Source: Ginkgo biloba (taxonomy: Eukaryota > Plantae > Ginkgophyta). Taken from it: DNA of 24,203 nucleotides. Below, one piece after another: positions 10,789 through 21,469 of this stretch. The stretch's first letter is position 1. Every line of letters begins with the position of its first letter. Position numbers and translations under genes: made by a program. The stretch lies in assembly GCA_024626585.2 (NCBI GenBank), contig JANKJI020000004.1, positions 39,859,150 to 39,883,352 on the forward strand. Direction: 5' to 3'. The notes beneath the pieces were generated by a model. The model did not search any database and had not been told where the DNA came from. It saw only the letters and a list, made by a program, of their open reading frames with translations.

Positions 10789-12013
10789 TAGAAATAATCA
10801 TCACAACAATGGTAATGGCTCAAATAGACTCAATTAACAAAAGATCTTGACTATCCTCATTAAGAACACATCATAAAGATTCAAATTAATACCTTTTACA
10901 CGTAGATATGACCTCTAAGTCTGATCTTAGAAAGATTACAATGAATGCATTTTATTTGTTTCGTTTGTGATGGTTGTATACTGAAGGACATATCCCCTAA
11001 GTTCTAACTACCAACTATTTGTGATGAATTATTGCCTAAGCTTTACTCATTACCATTTGAATATGACTAACTACTACTGGCTAATCATGTGACTAGTAGT
11101 GCATTAGNNNNNNNNNNNNNNNNNNNNNNNNNNNNNNNNNNNNNNNNNNNNNNNNNNNNNNNNNNNNNNNNNNNNNNNNNNNNNNNNNNNNNNNNNNNNN
11201 NNNNNNNNNNNNNNNNNNNNNNNNNNNNNNNNNNNNNNNNNNNNNNNNNNNNNNNNNNNNNNNNNNNNNNNNNNNAGAGAAGCTTGGCTATTCATTCAAA
11301 GTGATTTTTTTCATATTAGGTTTTACACTATACATCTTGTGTCATTGTATCTATTATAGATAATTGTGTTCTATTCTCATGTTCAATCTTATGTAGAGTC
11401 TCAATTCAATATTATGGCATCTAGGCAGACATGGGATTGTTGCAGATTTATGAGTTGCTAAACCCTATAGGTGATCAATTATCGACACTCTACCTACCCA
11501 TATAGGATCATCGTGCATTTGGGCCACCTGTGTAATGTATTTCTTTTACACAAGTACACTTATCTATTGCAAATGGTGGTATTTTTTCTTTATGAATGTC
11601 GTGTTATTGCATGTTTGTGTTGAATAGTTATATTGTTTTTACCAAGTGCTCTAGGTAATTACCATGTTGTTTAAGAAACTTATGAATCTATATAGGGATT
11701 TTGTAACTTAAGTAATAAGATGTTGTAGAAAGGGTTCAAATTGAGTGCAATCTTGATAAATGAAGATGCATATTGATGAGATTATATTTATTCCATGCAC
11801 AAACATAATCCTTATTATATTTGTGATAACTGCCACATTTTTAACTTGATGAATGTCTATTGGTATGATGCTTAGGATACGGTTGTTAGCTATCAAGAAA
11901 TTGATCTTGTTGTTGTTCTTAAGTTTTGTTAACTATGAAAGTGGCATGTATATAATGCCTCAACATGAATTCTTAGTTTCTTCTATATTGTTGACTTTCT
12001 ATTAGTTTTATAG

Positions 12014-12328
12014 GGTACTGTTATCCTTCTTTTTCAACCAGCTGAGGAGAGAGGTGCAGGAGCTAGAAGAATGATAGAAGAGGGAGCACTAGAAAATGTA
12101 GAAGCCATATTTGCCATGCATACATCAAATCAATATGCTACAGGTGTTGTTGGTTCCAAGCCTGGGCCTTTCCTAGCAGGATGTGGTCACTTTGAAGCAG
12201 TTGTAACTGGAAAAGGAGGTCATGGTGCAACTCCACAACATTCAATTGATCCTATCTTGGCGGCTTCTGCTTCTATCATTAGCTTGCAACATCTTGTTTC
12301 TCGAGAAGTCAATCCCTTGGACTCACAG
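12014..12328 (+). CDS. ILL6: IAA/JA-amino acid conjugate hydrolase, ILR1-like family (ILL6-like), internal exon (probably exon 3 of 5)
   Basis: Acceptor tttatAG ends at 12013 and donor cag|GTattt starts at 12329. The exon is 315 nt, phase 0, and reads [36 protein letters not shown]...GPFLAGCG...[36 protein letters not shown]. It has the M20D QPAEE motif and the metal-ligand His. Exon boundaries (GTV.../...DSQ) match the conserved ILR1/ILL gene structure. The ILL6 subclade call is from recalled similarity, not a search. Confidence 0.95.
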
Positions 12329-13259
12329 GTATTTTTCTGATCCATGATATCGATTTAGCGATGAGTCATGAAAGAACTAGTCAAAATTGTTTTGGAGGAA
12401 AGCTACCTTATGGGATCCAATACCAAGCCTAGTCAAGATGAATGTCTTATTATTTATGTCTATCTAGAAATATTGGCATCACATGGCAATTAGTAGTACA
12501 TATTCAAAAAATTACATAAATGGAATCACTCTTAATTAAGAGTCTTAACTTTAAATCAATAAAAATTTTGAGTCATCACAATTGTAATCTATCTCTTTTG
12601 AGGCTATGGGAAGAAGAAATCATAACAATAAATTTTTTTTTTCTTGTATGGTTTTAATTGGCCCAATTGACACATTATTTTGAAGTCTCATGAATTGTTT
12701 TCTTATAAGAAAGGACTTGTAGGGATTGTCATTAAGTCACTACAATGGAACCTGAATCATGCAAATCAAGGTGCTAAATTGCTTTCTTGATTGCTTGATG
12801 TGTGTCTTTTTAATTCTTCCTAATTATTATTGTTGCTTCTGTATACTGTTNNNNNNNNNNNNNNNNNNNNNNNNNNNNNNNNNNNNNNNNNNNNNNNNNN
12901 NNNNNNNNNNNNNNNNNNNNNNNNNNNNNNNNNNNNNNNNNNNNNNNNNNNNNNNNNNNNNNNNNNNNNNNNNNNNNNNNTTTTGCTCATTATTGGGTTC
13001 ACTAGGCAATGATCATATTCATGATTGGCTAATCTACATTCATGGCAACTCATGATCTCCCCATTGTTCTCTATGGATAATCTTCCCTCCAATGTCCCCA
13101 ATCTGGGAAAAAGAAGAATTCCATACAACTAGTATTACATTTATACTTTTTATAATCTAAGTCACGAGTAGTTTTTGAACAATACACATTCCTTANNNNN
13201 NNNNNTTTGATTATTTTGACCTCAACCATTTCTATCTTTATTCCTAGGGTTGTATCTGC

Positions 13260-13930
13260 AATTTATTTTGTCACATGAATCCACAAAACAATTGACACAC
13301 AAATAGATGAAGCTATTTCCATCATTTGGATGCTACTTCTTAGTACTCCCATGAATGTTACATGATGAAGGGCATTGAATAGCCACCCTTAATTTTCTTG
13401 CTTGATTGACACTATAAGCAAACTATAAATTCAAGTTTTATTACTTGAGCATGCATCTTTTCCTTCTCTAGATCTGGTTCTATTGATGGTTTTGTTGGTT
13501 TATAATGCGAATCACATCATAAGCCTTCAAGTGTCTTGGATATCATGTTCCACATGTGGATCTTTCTATAAATCCTCATTAAGCATCTATTTCTTAGATT
13601 GAAGGGCCAACCCTCATAGGATGGTGTTATGTTCTCTCTTGTCAATTTGAGTAACAATTTGTCTATAAAATACTAATTAGATGGGGTGCAAAGACATACA
13701 GAAATCAATAATCTACCATTAAAATTTAGAACAAATTCTCAATTTTGTCATCAAATTTACCTTAATTCTTTGAGCATCATGGAGAGTTTCAACCTATAGA
13801 ACCTATTGAAAAATGCATCTTGTTGTTTGGATGTATTCATACTAAACCAAGGTCAGTCCCTAAAGGTCTAGAAAAATCTCATTTTTTATAATCATTTCAT
13901 TAGTGAAACCCCAACAATTGATCATATTCT
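13260..13930 (-). mobile_element. Highly decayed Ty3/gypsy pol remnant (RT-RNaseH connection to integrase zinc finger)
   Basis: Minus-strand islands occur in the expected order: GFTN (about 13905), QQDAF (about 13820), VNCFVDSCDK (about 13280; compare DV..FV.SCD.CQ). There are many stops and frameshifts, and the spacing is shorter than in intact pol. Confidence 0.4.
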
Positions 13931-14565
13931 TTAAACTACTACCAAATTATCTAATGGATGATTCTAGTCACTAAGAAATGGAGAGAAAAATACTAACCAC
14001 TAAGGCATGGAGAGAAGAATCCAATCAGTTTCTCTTCAAATACTGATCCCTAATAATTTGATTGTCATTGTGTTACATGATAAGGAACTCGTGGGGTATG
14101 GACAAACAATTAGAACAAGGCCTCTCTGGCTAGGAGAAGACGAGGAAAACCTAGGATAGTTCAATTGATTGATNNNNNNNNNNNNNNNNNNNNNNNNNNN
14201 NNNNNNNNNNNNNNNNNNNNNNNNNNNNNNNNNNNNNNNNNNNNNNNNNNNNNNNNNNNNNNNNNNNNNNNNNAATGAATAAAGCATTGCAATAGTTTGA
14301 TGTAATGCAGCAGAAACAACTTCTATTTGAAGTTGAACAACAAACACAATTGCAATAAGATGTAAAAAAAAATCCACCAGATCTAACATCAACTACACAA
14401 GTTGAAACCAAATGGGAGAAGATGCCAAATATGCATGTTGCCAACTAAGGAGGATGGAAGTAGGATATACCTATCAATGAGAGAGGCACTTCGCAACTTT
14501 GTTCCAAATTTTCTTGATAATGTGAAAGCTCCTACATAGCCAAAAATGCTATAGAAATTTTACTA

Positions 14566-14843
14566 TTGTTAAGTAGTATTGTCTCCCCTCCCATTCTTCA
14601 AGATCCAACTATTAGGAATTGCATTGTTGTTGTCAACAATTTAGACCATGAGAATGATATAGATGCTCATGCTTTTATTGTAAGAGGTGATGCTCCTATT
14701 CTTGGTGCCATAGTTAAGTTTGGTTCTCAAGTTAATGTTATGTCTAAGAATGTCTAGAAAAGATTGACAAACTTAAACTAGGACAACCTGCTAGTTAGAA
14801 TCAAGTTTTTGACTAGATCATAGTCAAACCCCTAGGCACCTTT
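14566..14843 (+). mobile_element. Decayed retroviral-type aspartic protease region of a Ty3/gypsy element
   Basis: Reads PILGAIVKFGSQVNVMSKNV*KRL, similar to A.VD.GS.VN.M....W.RL. The catalytic Asp position reads Lys. Confidence 0.55.
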
Positions 14844-17457
14844 NNNNNNNNNNNNNNNNNNNNNNNNNNNNNNNNNNNNNNNNNNNNNNNNNNNNNNNNN
14901 NNNNNNNNNNNNNNNNNNNNNNNNNNNNNNNNNNNNNNNNNNNCCTAGGGTTTGAGCCTAAATCCAAATGACTATCAGTAGGGGTTAAATAGTTCTCGTT
15001 GTAGAGAGGTTATCCATCATGCCAAAGAATCCTCATAGGCCTACGCTTGTCATCTTTGATTGAGCGGGGTTGAGGGGTGGACTCTAGCAGATCAATAATA
15101 GCCATTAGGGGATAATGATCACATTTATGCACTAGAGGTTTGGTTGCCCATTCTGTTCAAGCCTCACAGGCAGTCTCCATGGCCAATAGATGGTGTTGGA
15201 GCTTAGATTGCAAGCACCTCTTCGAAATAGTCCCTATCCTATTAACCTTCCAAACAAACTAATAGCTAATATAAATAAATATTTTTGTCTTTGAATTATG
15301 TTCTGTAACTACGCATTAAGCATGGCAATTTAACTTCTTATCTGTGTGGCTAAGTCACCTCACTTAGATTTGGATTCCTAGATATTAATGCTTATGCTTC
15401 AAGCTTGTTTCTATGTAGAAGTAGGAGATCGGGATATTATAGTGCCAACATTAGTTAAGGGATTATGCGTTCTAGTATCAAATGGATTTGGAAAATTGCT
15501 AACAAATTGATAAGTTCAGGTAGTAGTGTTATTATTCTATTGATTTTGACTTGGCAAAGGGCTACCCCCCATAGCTTGACCTGAGCAATTTTTTTGGGAT
15601 GGCCTTCTAGTCTCACTTGTTAGTGGGTTTTCAGTATTTCCATTGTTGGAGTCATCATTGTCTTATACAACGAATTTCTATGTACACTATAAGGCGTTTG
15701 GGAACACTATGTTTCTTGTGGTGAGTTTTCTTGAGATTCATCTAATTTATTGAAGCTATTATTACTAGTCATATCGTCTATTAATACACTCAATAGTTTG
15801 TCTAATTGAATTATGGAAAAAAAATTCTTTATTGACGCAGTCCTGATGTCGAAAACCATGGGGGTCTCCTCATGCTTTGGCATTGAGGTCAAGGTTGCAT
15901 CATTAGTTAACATAAGTTGTAACTTTAAACTAGGCTTCTCTTGTCTTGTTCTGACTTAAGGCTTCTTTGTTTGGATTTGGAGGCAACATTAGCGTAGTTT
16001 TTTTCTATGCAAAGGTGAGTGCTCTTGAAACTACTTGCTCCCTATGGGGTGTTGTCCCTCGTTTTCTTGGAAGCCTCAACATCCTTATGTTTTCCTCCTT
16101 TACAAGTATTTTTATGCTTCAATTCTTTAATCATTTTTTTTAGTTGATGTATACTTGTGGCTTCCTTCTCATTTGTCTAGAGAACCTTCCTTGCTGCACT
16201 TGTCTCTTTCTTCTCCACAAGTTTGGCAACGTCGAGAGACCTCTTGGGTATGGTTGGGTTTAGTTAGAACCCATCTGCATTATCGTAGCCAAGGCTTGTC
16301 GTAATTTTGACATCAATTTTTTAGTACTGTTAGGTTTGCTTTGGTGTCAAGACCTTCCTTTGGCATCATGGGGCTTGTTTCTTCTATAGAAATATGACCA
16401 TAGAACCAAAATGTTGACTGAACGTAGTTCTTGGGTGTGGAGTCCACATTAGCAATAGGTTTGGTATCCATACATCATAATTAGGGAATGCATTAATTAC
16501 ATAATAACAACATAACATCATCATACGAATATTAATTACACAATATTGGGGTACAAAGCATCATTTACTAACATTAAGAATGATAGGACAATGTAATACA
16601 TGCTAGGGTTAGGCCTCACACCAAACCCTAGCCATTTACACTAGGCTCTCACGCCTTTGGAGCATATTTCATCTTATATTTATGGACTCACTCTCTTAAT
16701 TAATCGAAATGATGTCTTTTTCTATTTTTGAGTAATAACCCTAACCCTAAGTGCCTTCACATTAATTATTCTATCCTTTTTCTCTCTCTTATTAAATGCA
16801 CCCTACTTAGGGCATTAAATGTGACTGTCTAGGAGTAATAAATGCACCTTAATTAATCCTAAATGTGCCTTTGACCATGACNNNNNNNNNNNNNNNNNNN
16901 NNNNNNNNNNNNNNNNNNNNNNNNNNNNNNNNNNNNNNNNNNNNNNNNNNNNNNNNNNNNNNNNNNNNNNNNNNNNNNNNNNNNNNNNNNNNNNNNNNNN
17001 NNNNNNNNNNNNNNNNNNNNNNNNNNNNNNNNNNNNNNNNNNNNNNNNNNNNNNNNNNNNNNNNNNNNNNNNNNNNNNNNNNNNNNNNNNNNNNNNNNNN
17101 NNNNNNNNNNNNNNNNNNNNNNNNNNNNNNNNNNNNNNNNNNNNNNNNNNNNNNNNNNNNNNNNNNNNNNNNNNNNNNNNNNNNNNNNNNNNNNNNNNNN
17201 NNNNNNNNNNNNNNNNNNNNNNNNNNNNNNNNNNNNNNNNNNNNNNNNNNNNNNNNNNNNNNNNNNNNNNNNNNNNNNTTTTCCATATAATACACTATGT
17301 GGCGATTTTATCATACAAGGATGGCACGTCATTTGGTGTCACCATCGTCTATCACCGTTCAAATTCATTGTTATTTGACTAAAAGCCACTTCCCACTAAA
17401 TGCTAAATCAAAGTAAGATAAAGTAGGACTACTATTGCCTTCGCACTAAAATAGTAA

Positions 17458-17677
17458 CCGGGTTCTCGAATTGGGTACGCGAACCTAGTTTGGGTTCTTG
17501 GGTTTGTGTTCAAGGTNNNNNNNNNNAAACCATTGTTATGGACTTAAAAATTATGGGATTAAAATAATAACAAAATCATTGCACCCGCACCCGCACCCAT
17601 GAAGTAAAATTTTTGAAATGCCGAACCCAAACCTGCACCCGCATTAATACCCACACCCACGAATCTTGGTAACCTTG
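17458..17677. mobile_element. MITE-like/non-autonomous DNA transposon with GCACCC/GGGTTC subterminal repeats
   Basis: The left arm is rich in GGGTTC/GGGTAC/GGGTTT and the right arm in GCACCC/GAACCC, including three tandem GCACCC at 17581-17598. Imperfect inverted termini: CCGGGTTCTCGAA and TCTTGGTAACCTTG. No TSD was found. Confidence 0.55.
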
Positions 17678-18231
17678 GAATTTTATTAGCCAATTCTATT
17701 AAACATAAGTCAGAATAAGCTTGTTTAAATCGGTCAAGTTTTGGTCTTTTCTATAAAGTACCTGGGTAGGTACTCAAGAAAAATATTATACCGTGCATTA
17801 ATTAACTTTTAACATAGAGACTTAATGCAAGTTATGCGTAGATATTGGAAAGTGCAAAGCGGCCCTAATTCATCTTGTAATGGAAGTGCTGCTAACATCG
17901 AGAAGTCATCCTTAAGACAAAGGAAAGAGAAAACATCAAGACAACAAAATGTTGTGTAGTTGATGGTGATTTCAATAGCAAAGGCATTGAAGCAAAATCT
18001 CATTCATGGCTAAGCAAAGTGCAATGATCCTTTAAGGCTCGCAATGCTTCTAATATGAATAAGCTCTTTCTTGCACAATTGACTCCAAAAGATTAATTGG
18101 TATATGATGGCAAAGCATAGAAAGACATATGCAACGTGGAGTAAGAGCACCCCTTGATACATGGGAACAAATGGCCAGATTATTGACACAACAATATGCA
18201 CCAACTGATGGTGAAAAGTAAGTTGTAAGGC

Positions 18232-18690
18232 AGTTGTACAGCCTCGGATAAACTAGATATATATAAGAATAAAGCTAGAAGTTGCAAGCACAACTAGCAA
18301 GAACACTGGAATCACCTAAAATAGTGCAGGTTCATCACTTCATTAGAGGATTGGATACCAATATCAAGCAAATAATGAATATAGAAAAACATGAGACATT
18401 GGAAGAAGCCATTAGCAAGGCTTAGCTGTAAAATATCACAGGTGGATTGGGCAAAGAAAGGAAGAGTATAGTACAAACATTTGAAGAAAAGGATTCAAGA
18501 AATTCATGAGCAGCAACAACAAAATTGAAGGCAAGGTACAAATCATCTTAAGGTGGACCCACAATTACAGGCACAATGCCCAATATCCCAAATTGAATGA
18601 TGAAGACAAAAGGAAATGTTTTCAAGAAAATTTATACCTTATATACAAAGGCAAAAGTCATAAAAAAAAAGATTGTGCACAAAGGGACAA
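18232..18690 (+). mobile_element. Decayed Ty3/gypsy gag (capsid C-terminal region plus degenerate zinc knuckle)
   Basis: Reads VHHFIRGLDTNIKQIMNIEKHETLEEAISKA (compare FI.GL...I........P.TLEEA...A), then PKLNDEDKRKCFQENLYLIYKGKSHKKKDC (compare L..EER.....NLC..C...GH....C with Cys-to-Tyr decay). Confidence 0.75.
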
Positions 18691-20173
18691 GCTAAATGCA
18701 ACCAATAAATTGTAGCAAAAGCAGTTCATTGGAGCCAATGAGCTGAAGGGAGCAAGGACAGATGTTACAGCCCGAACATATTGCATTGCAACTTAAGACA
18801 TTTTCTTTCTATTCTACTCCAACCAATCAATCCAATGTTCTTTTTAATGTTGGAGCTTATAGTGACTTTCAAGGACAACAAACATCACAATTTAGTGGAA
18901 ATGAGCATCTACAAGTGTATCCCTACTTGAAGAGCTCCAAAGCAAGTGATTGCATGCCTATATGGATGCAATTCTGAGCTCAACAAAGGGCTAAGATGGC
19001 TACTGATAATTGGAAACAACTTCTAAACCTGTTAGAAGGTTGACGGGCCCGCAAGACAGCTTAAGGGATAAGAGTTAAAGGGTTGGAACGACTTTATAGG
19101 GTAAGCTTCAACAGGCAATCCAAAGAGCCTACTCAGTGACTTGAAGAGGTGTAAATAAGGGTTGGAAGCCCCATTTACAGGGGCACTTTAAGGAAACAAC
19201 TTCTCATTATGCCCTTCACCTTCTTTTATTCCAAATGTGGCCATATGAGAAGGATACTCAACGACTTTCAAGAAGAAATGGTTTTGAAATTGTGAGTTCT
19301 AGAAGGGCAACGATTTGTGGTTTTGAACCTGAAAGTGAAATCCTTGGAGCAGAAAGAGGGTAACTTGCTGGCGGAAGCTAATTTTTGTAGTACTAAAGCA
19401 GAACTAGAATCTTTGAAGCCCAATGACTGAGGTCGATATTCATTATTTCAAATTTGGTCTAACACATGCACAACTTGTCTAGCAGGAATATTAGATTGGT
19501 ATGAGTTCAAAATTAGCTGTGTGTAAGCCACTGTGGTAGGTGAATCTGCATAAAAAATGGGATTAAAACTTAGATTAATTAAAAAAGCAGTATGATATTT
19601 GCAAGGTACAATGGGCATCAACTCTGAAATGAGTTGCACATTTATTAGAACTGACCTACAAGCAACCCTAGTAACTTGGTTATCACCACACTATTCTCCC
19701 TCCTCCCATGTCCTGTCAATCAAGAGATCATAGTTTTTAAGTTCTAGCCACCATAAGTGATGAGCTTTGGTTGTCTTATTCACCCCCTGTTACATTGCTG
19801 TATGTAGCCCATATTATAACACCAAACAGATGATTCAAGATGGTATTTATCCACCCTCTTTTCACACATGCATGTCTCCTCATTTTTTTTGGTTTACAAT
19901 GCTCAAGACTTTTCTATTTCTCTATTAAAAAATTGTCAAACAGCATAAGTGTTTTCCATTTAAGTGGACTTCTAAGTGGGGTGATTGAAAGTGAAAGTGT
20001 GATGCTATTGTGTGTTGCTCCCGTAAACTGGGTGGTTTCATATTCAAGAGGTAGATGAGCATCAGTACAACTATTAACCTTGGATGAAGAAAAAGTTGTC
20101 AGTTAAAATTCTAAGCATTGAGAAGTTATTAAGAAATTCACATTGAATATTAAAAGTACAACAGTGGGAAACA

Positions 20174-20229
20174 TGTCACATGAAATTCAATATCAGAAAT
20201 TTGTCACATAAAATTCAATATCAGAAATA
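20174..20229 (+). repeat. 28-bp tandem duplication
   Basis: TGTCACATGAAATTCAATATCAGAAATT followed by TGTCACATAAAATTCAATATCAGAAATA; 26 of 28 positions identical. Confidence 0.9.
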
Positions 20230-20266
20230 TCTTCATCTATTTAACATCCGATTTCTTGCTTTGCAG

Positions 20267-20395
20267 GTAGTGTCAGTGACTACATTTAATGGAGGAAGTG
20301 CATTCAATGTGATTCCACACTCAGTTACCATTGGTGGTACATTTCGGGCTTTCTCAAATGATAGCTTTCATAAACTAAGGCATCGTATAGAAGAG
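20267..20395 (+). CDS. ILL6: ILR1-like (ILL6-like) amidohydrolase, penultimate exon (probably exon 4)
   Basis: Polypyrimidine tract and ttgcAG acceptor end at 20266; donor gag|GTgctt starts at 20396. The exon is 129 nt, phase 0, and reads [43 protein letters not shown] (M20 dimerisation domain). It joins in frame to DSQ of the previous exon. Confidence 0.95.
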
Positions 20396-20647
20396 GTGCT
20401 TGCTTAAGGATATTTTCCCTAGAATAAATCATCCTCCTAACTTGTTTTCTTAATGAGTTAGTCTCAAGAATTTGTTTTTCATGTTAAGAGTTATGGAAAG
20501 GCTAGGAATTTTCCACACATTAAATTTACCACTCTTAATACTTCTGAATTTATGTATGCACACACATTTGTAATCATTTGATTATGGAATTGCTGATGTA
20601 CATGTCTTATTTATAGATGGATTTTGACATTTATCTTCTTATCACAG
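20396..20647 (+). other. Short GT-AG intron (252 bp)
   Basis: GT at 20396 and AG at 20646-20647, between the last two exons. Confidence 0.93.
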
Positions 20648-21031
20648 GTTATTGTAGGGCAAGCTGCTGTTCATCAGTGCACTGCAGTGGTGGAATATTT
20701 TGAAAAGCAGCAGATGTTCTATCCTCCAACTACCAATGATAGAAAGTTGAATGACCATGTACGCAAAGTTGCCGCTGATGTTGTTGGGGTTCATAATCTG
20801 GAAATAACACCCCGTGTCATGGGTGCAGAAGATTTTTCCTTCTATACAGAGATTGTACCTGGAGCCTTCTTTTTTATAGGAATTAGGAATGAGACATTGG
20901 GATCAATTTATTCACCACACTCACCTTTCTTCACAATTGACGAAAATGTTCTCCTTATTGGTGCTACTTTGCATGCTGCCATAGCTGAAAGGTACCTTAG
21001 GGAACATAAATCTAATATTTCTGTATTTTAA
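20648..21031 (+). CDS. ILL6: ILR1-like (ILL6-like) amidohydrolase, last coding exon (probably exon 5)
   Basis: Acceptor atcacAG ends at 20647. The exon reads VIVGQAAVHQC...YFEKQQMFYPPTTND...MGAEDFSFY...FFIGIRNETLGSIYSPHSPFFTIDENVL.IGATLHAAIAERYL...SVF then TAA. Family motifs MGAEDF and HSP.F.IDE are present. Confidence 0.95.
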   Translation, partial: VIVGQAAVHQCTAVVEYFEKQQMFYPPTTNDRKLNDHVRKVAADVVGVHNLEITPRVMGAEDFSFYTEIVPGAFFFIGIRNETLGSIYSPHSPFFTIDENVLLIGATLHAAIAERYLREHKSNISVF

Positions 21032-21240
21032 TCAGCGTTTAGTTTCCACTCCTTGTAATTTAATACAATATATAAGACCTTATGTGAATTGCTACAGTAT
21101 AAAGGTGATGGCATTTTGTACAGCTGTTGCTCATGCTATTTGTAATTCTATGTCAATTATTTGTAACAAGAGCCACATAGTAGCTAGGTACCTGCCTTGT
21201 AAATTAAAAGCTTGTATAATTAATAAAGAATATGAAAGAA
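21032..21240 (+). promoter_or_regulatory. Probable 3' UTR with candidate poly(A) signal
   Basis: U-rich sequence with several TGTA motifs after the stop codon and AATAAA at 21222-21227. The true 3' end is unknown. Confidence 0.45.
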
Positions 21241-21469
21241 AACAACAGTGGTAGGGTAGTGCAATGGCAATGAAGATTCTTCTTTGTTAATGGCATTGTT
21301 TTTCCACTGTAGTTCATTTATTAAAAATATGACATATATTATTACTCTTCTTCATACATTGGAAAATATAATGCATATTGAATAATTAAGTTAAAGCAAT
21401 TGGTGGACAAACAATATTACCATTTATCGACCATAATAATATATGAGCATTGTGAGATTTATAACAACA

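Larger units (their letters stand above)
12329..20266 (+). other. Long GT-AG intron (7938 bp as assembled, including N gaps) filled with TE remnants
   Basis: Lies between two in-frame phase-0 exons; GT at 12329 and AG at 20265-20266. Confidence 0.9.

Noticed and set aside
16436-17435. LTR-like segment containing telomere-like CCCTAACCCTAA (about 16739)
   Set aside because: Only two hexamer units, and such motifs are common in plant LTRs. Boundaries and TSD could not be established and about 40% is gap.
20180-20266. ATG-initiated start of ORF 20180-20407 (also the 12071 and 20624 starts) as independent genes
   Set aside because: Homology begins and ends at canonical splice sites. The 20180 and 20624 extensions are intronic read-through, and 12071 is an internal Met of the exon.
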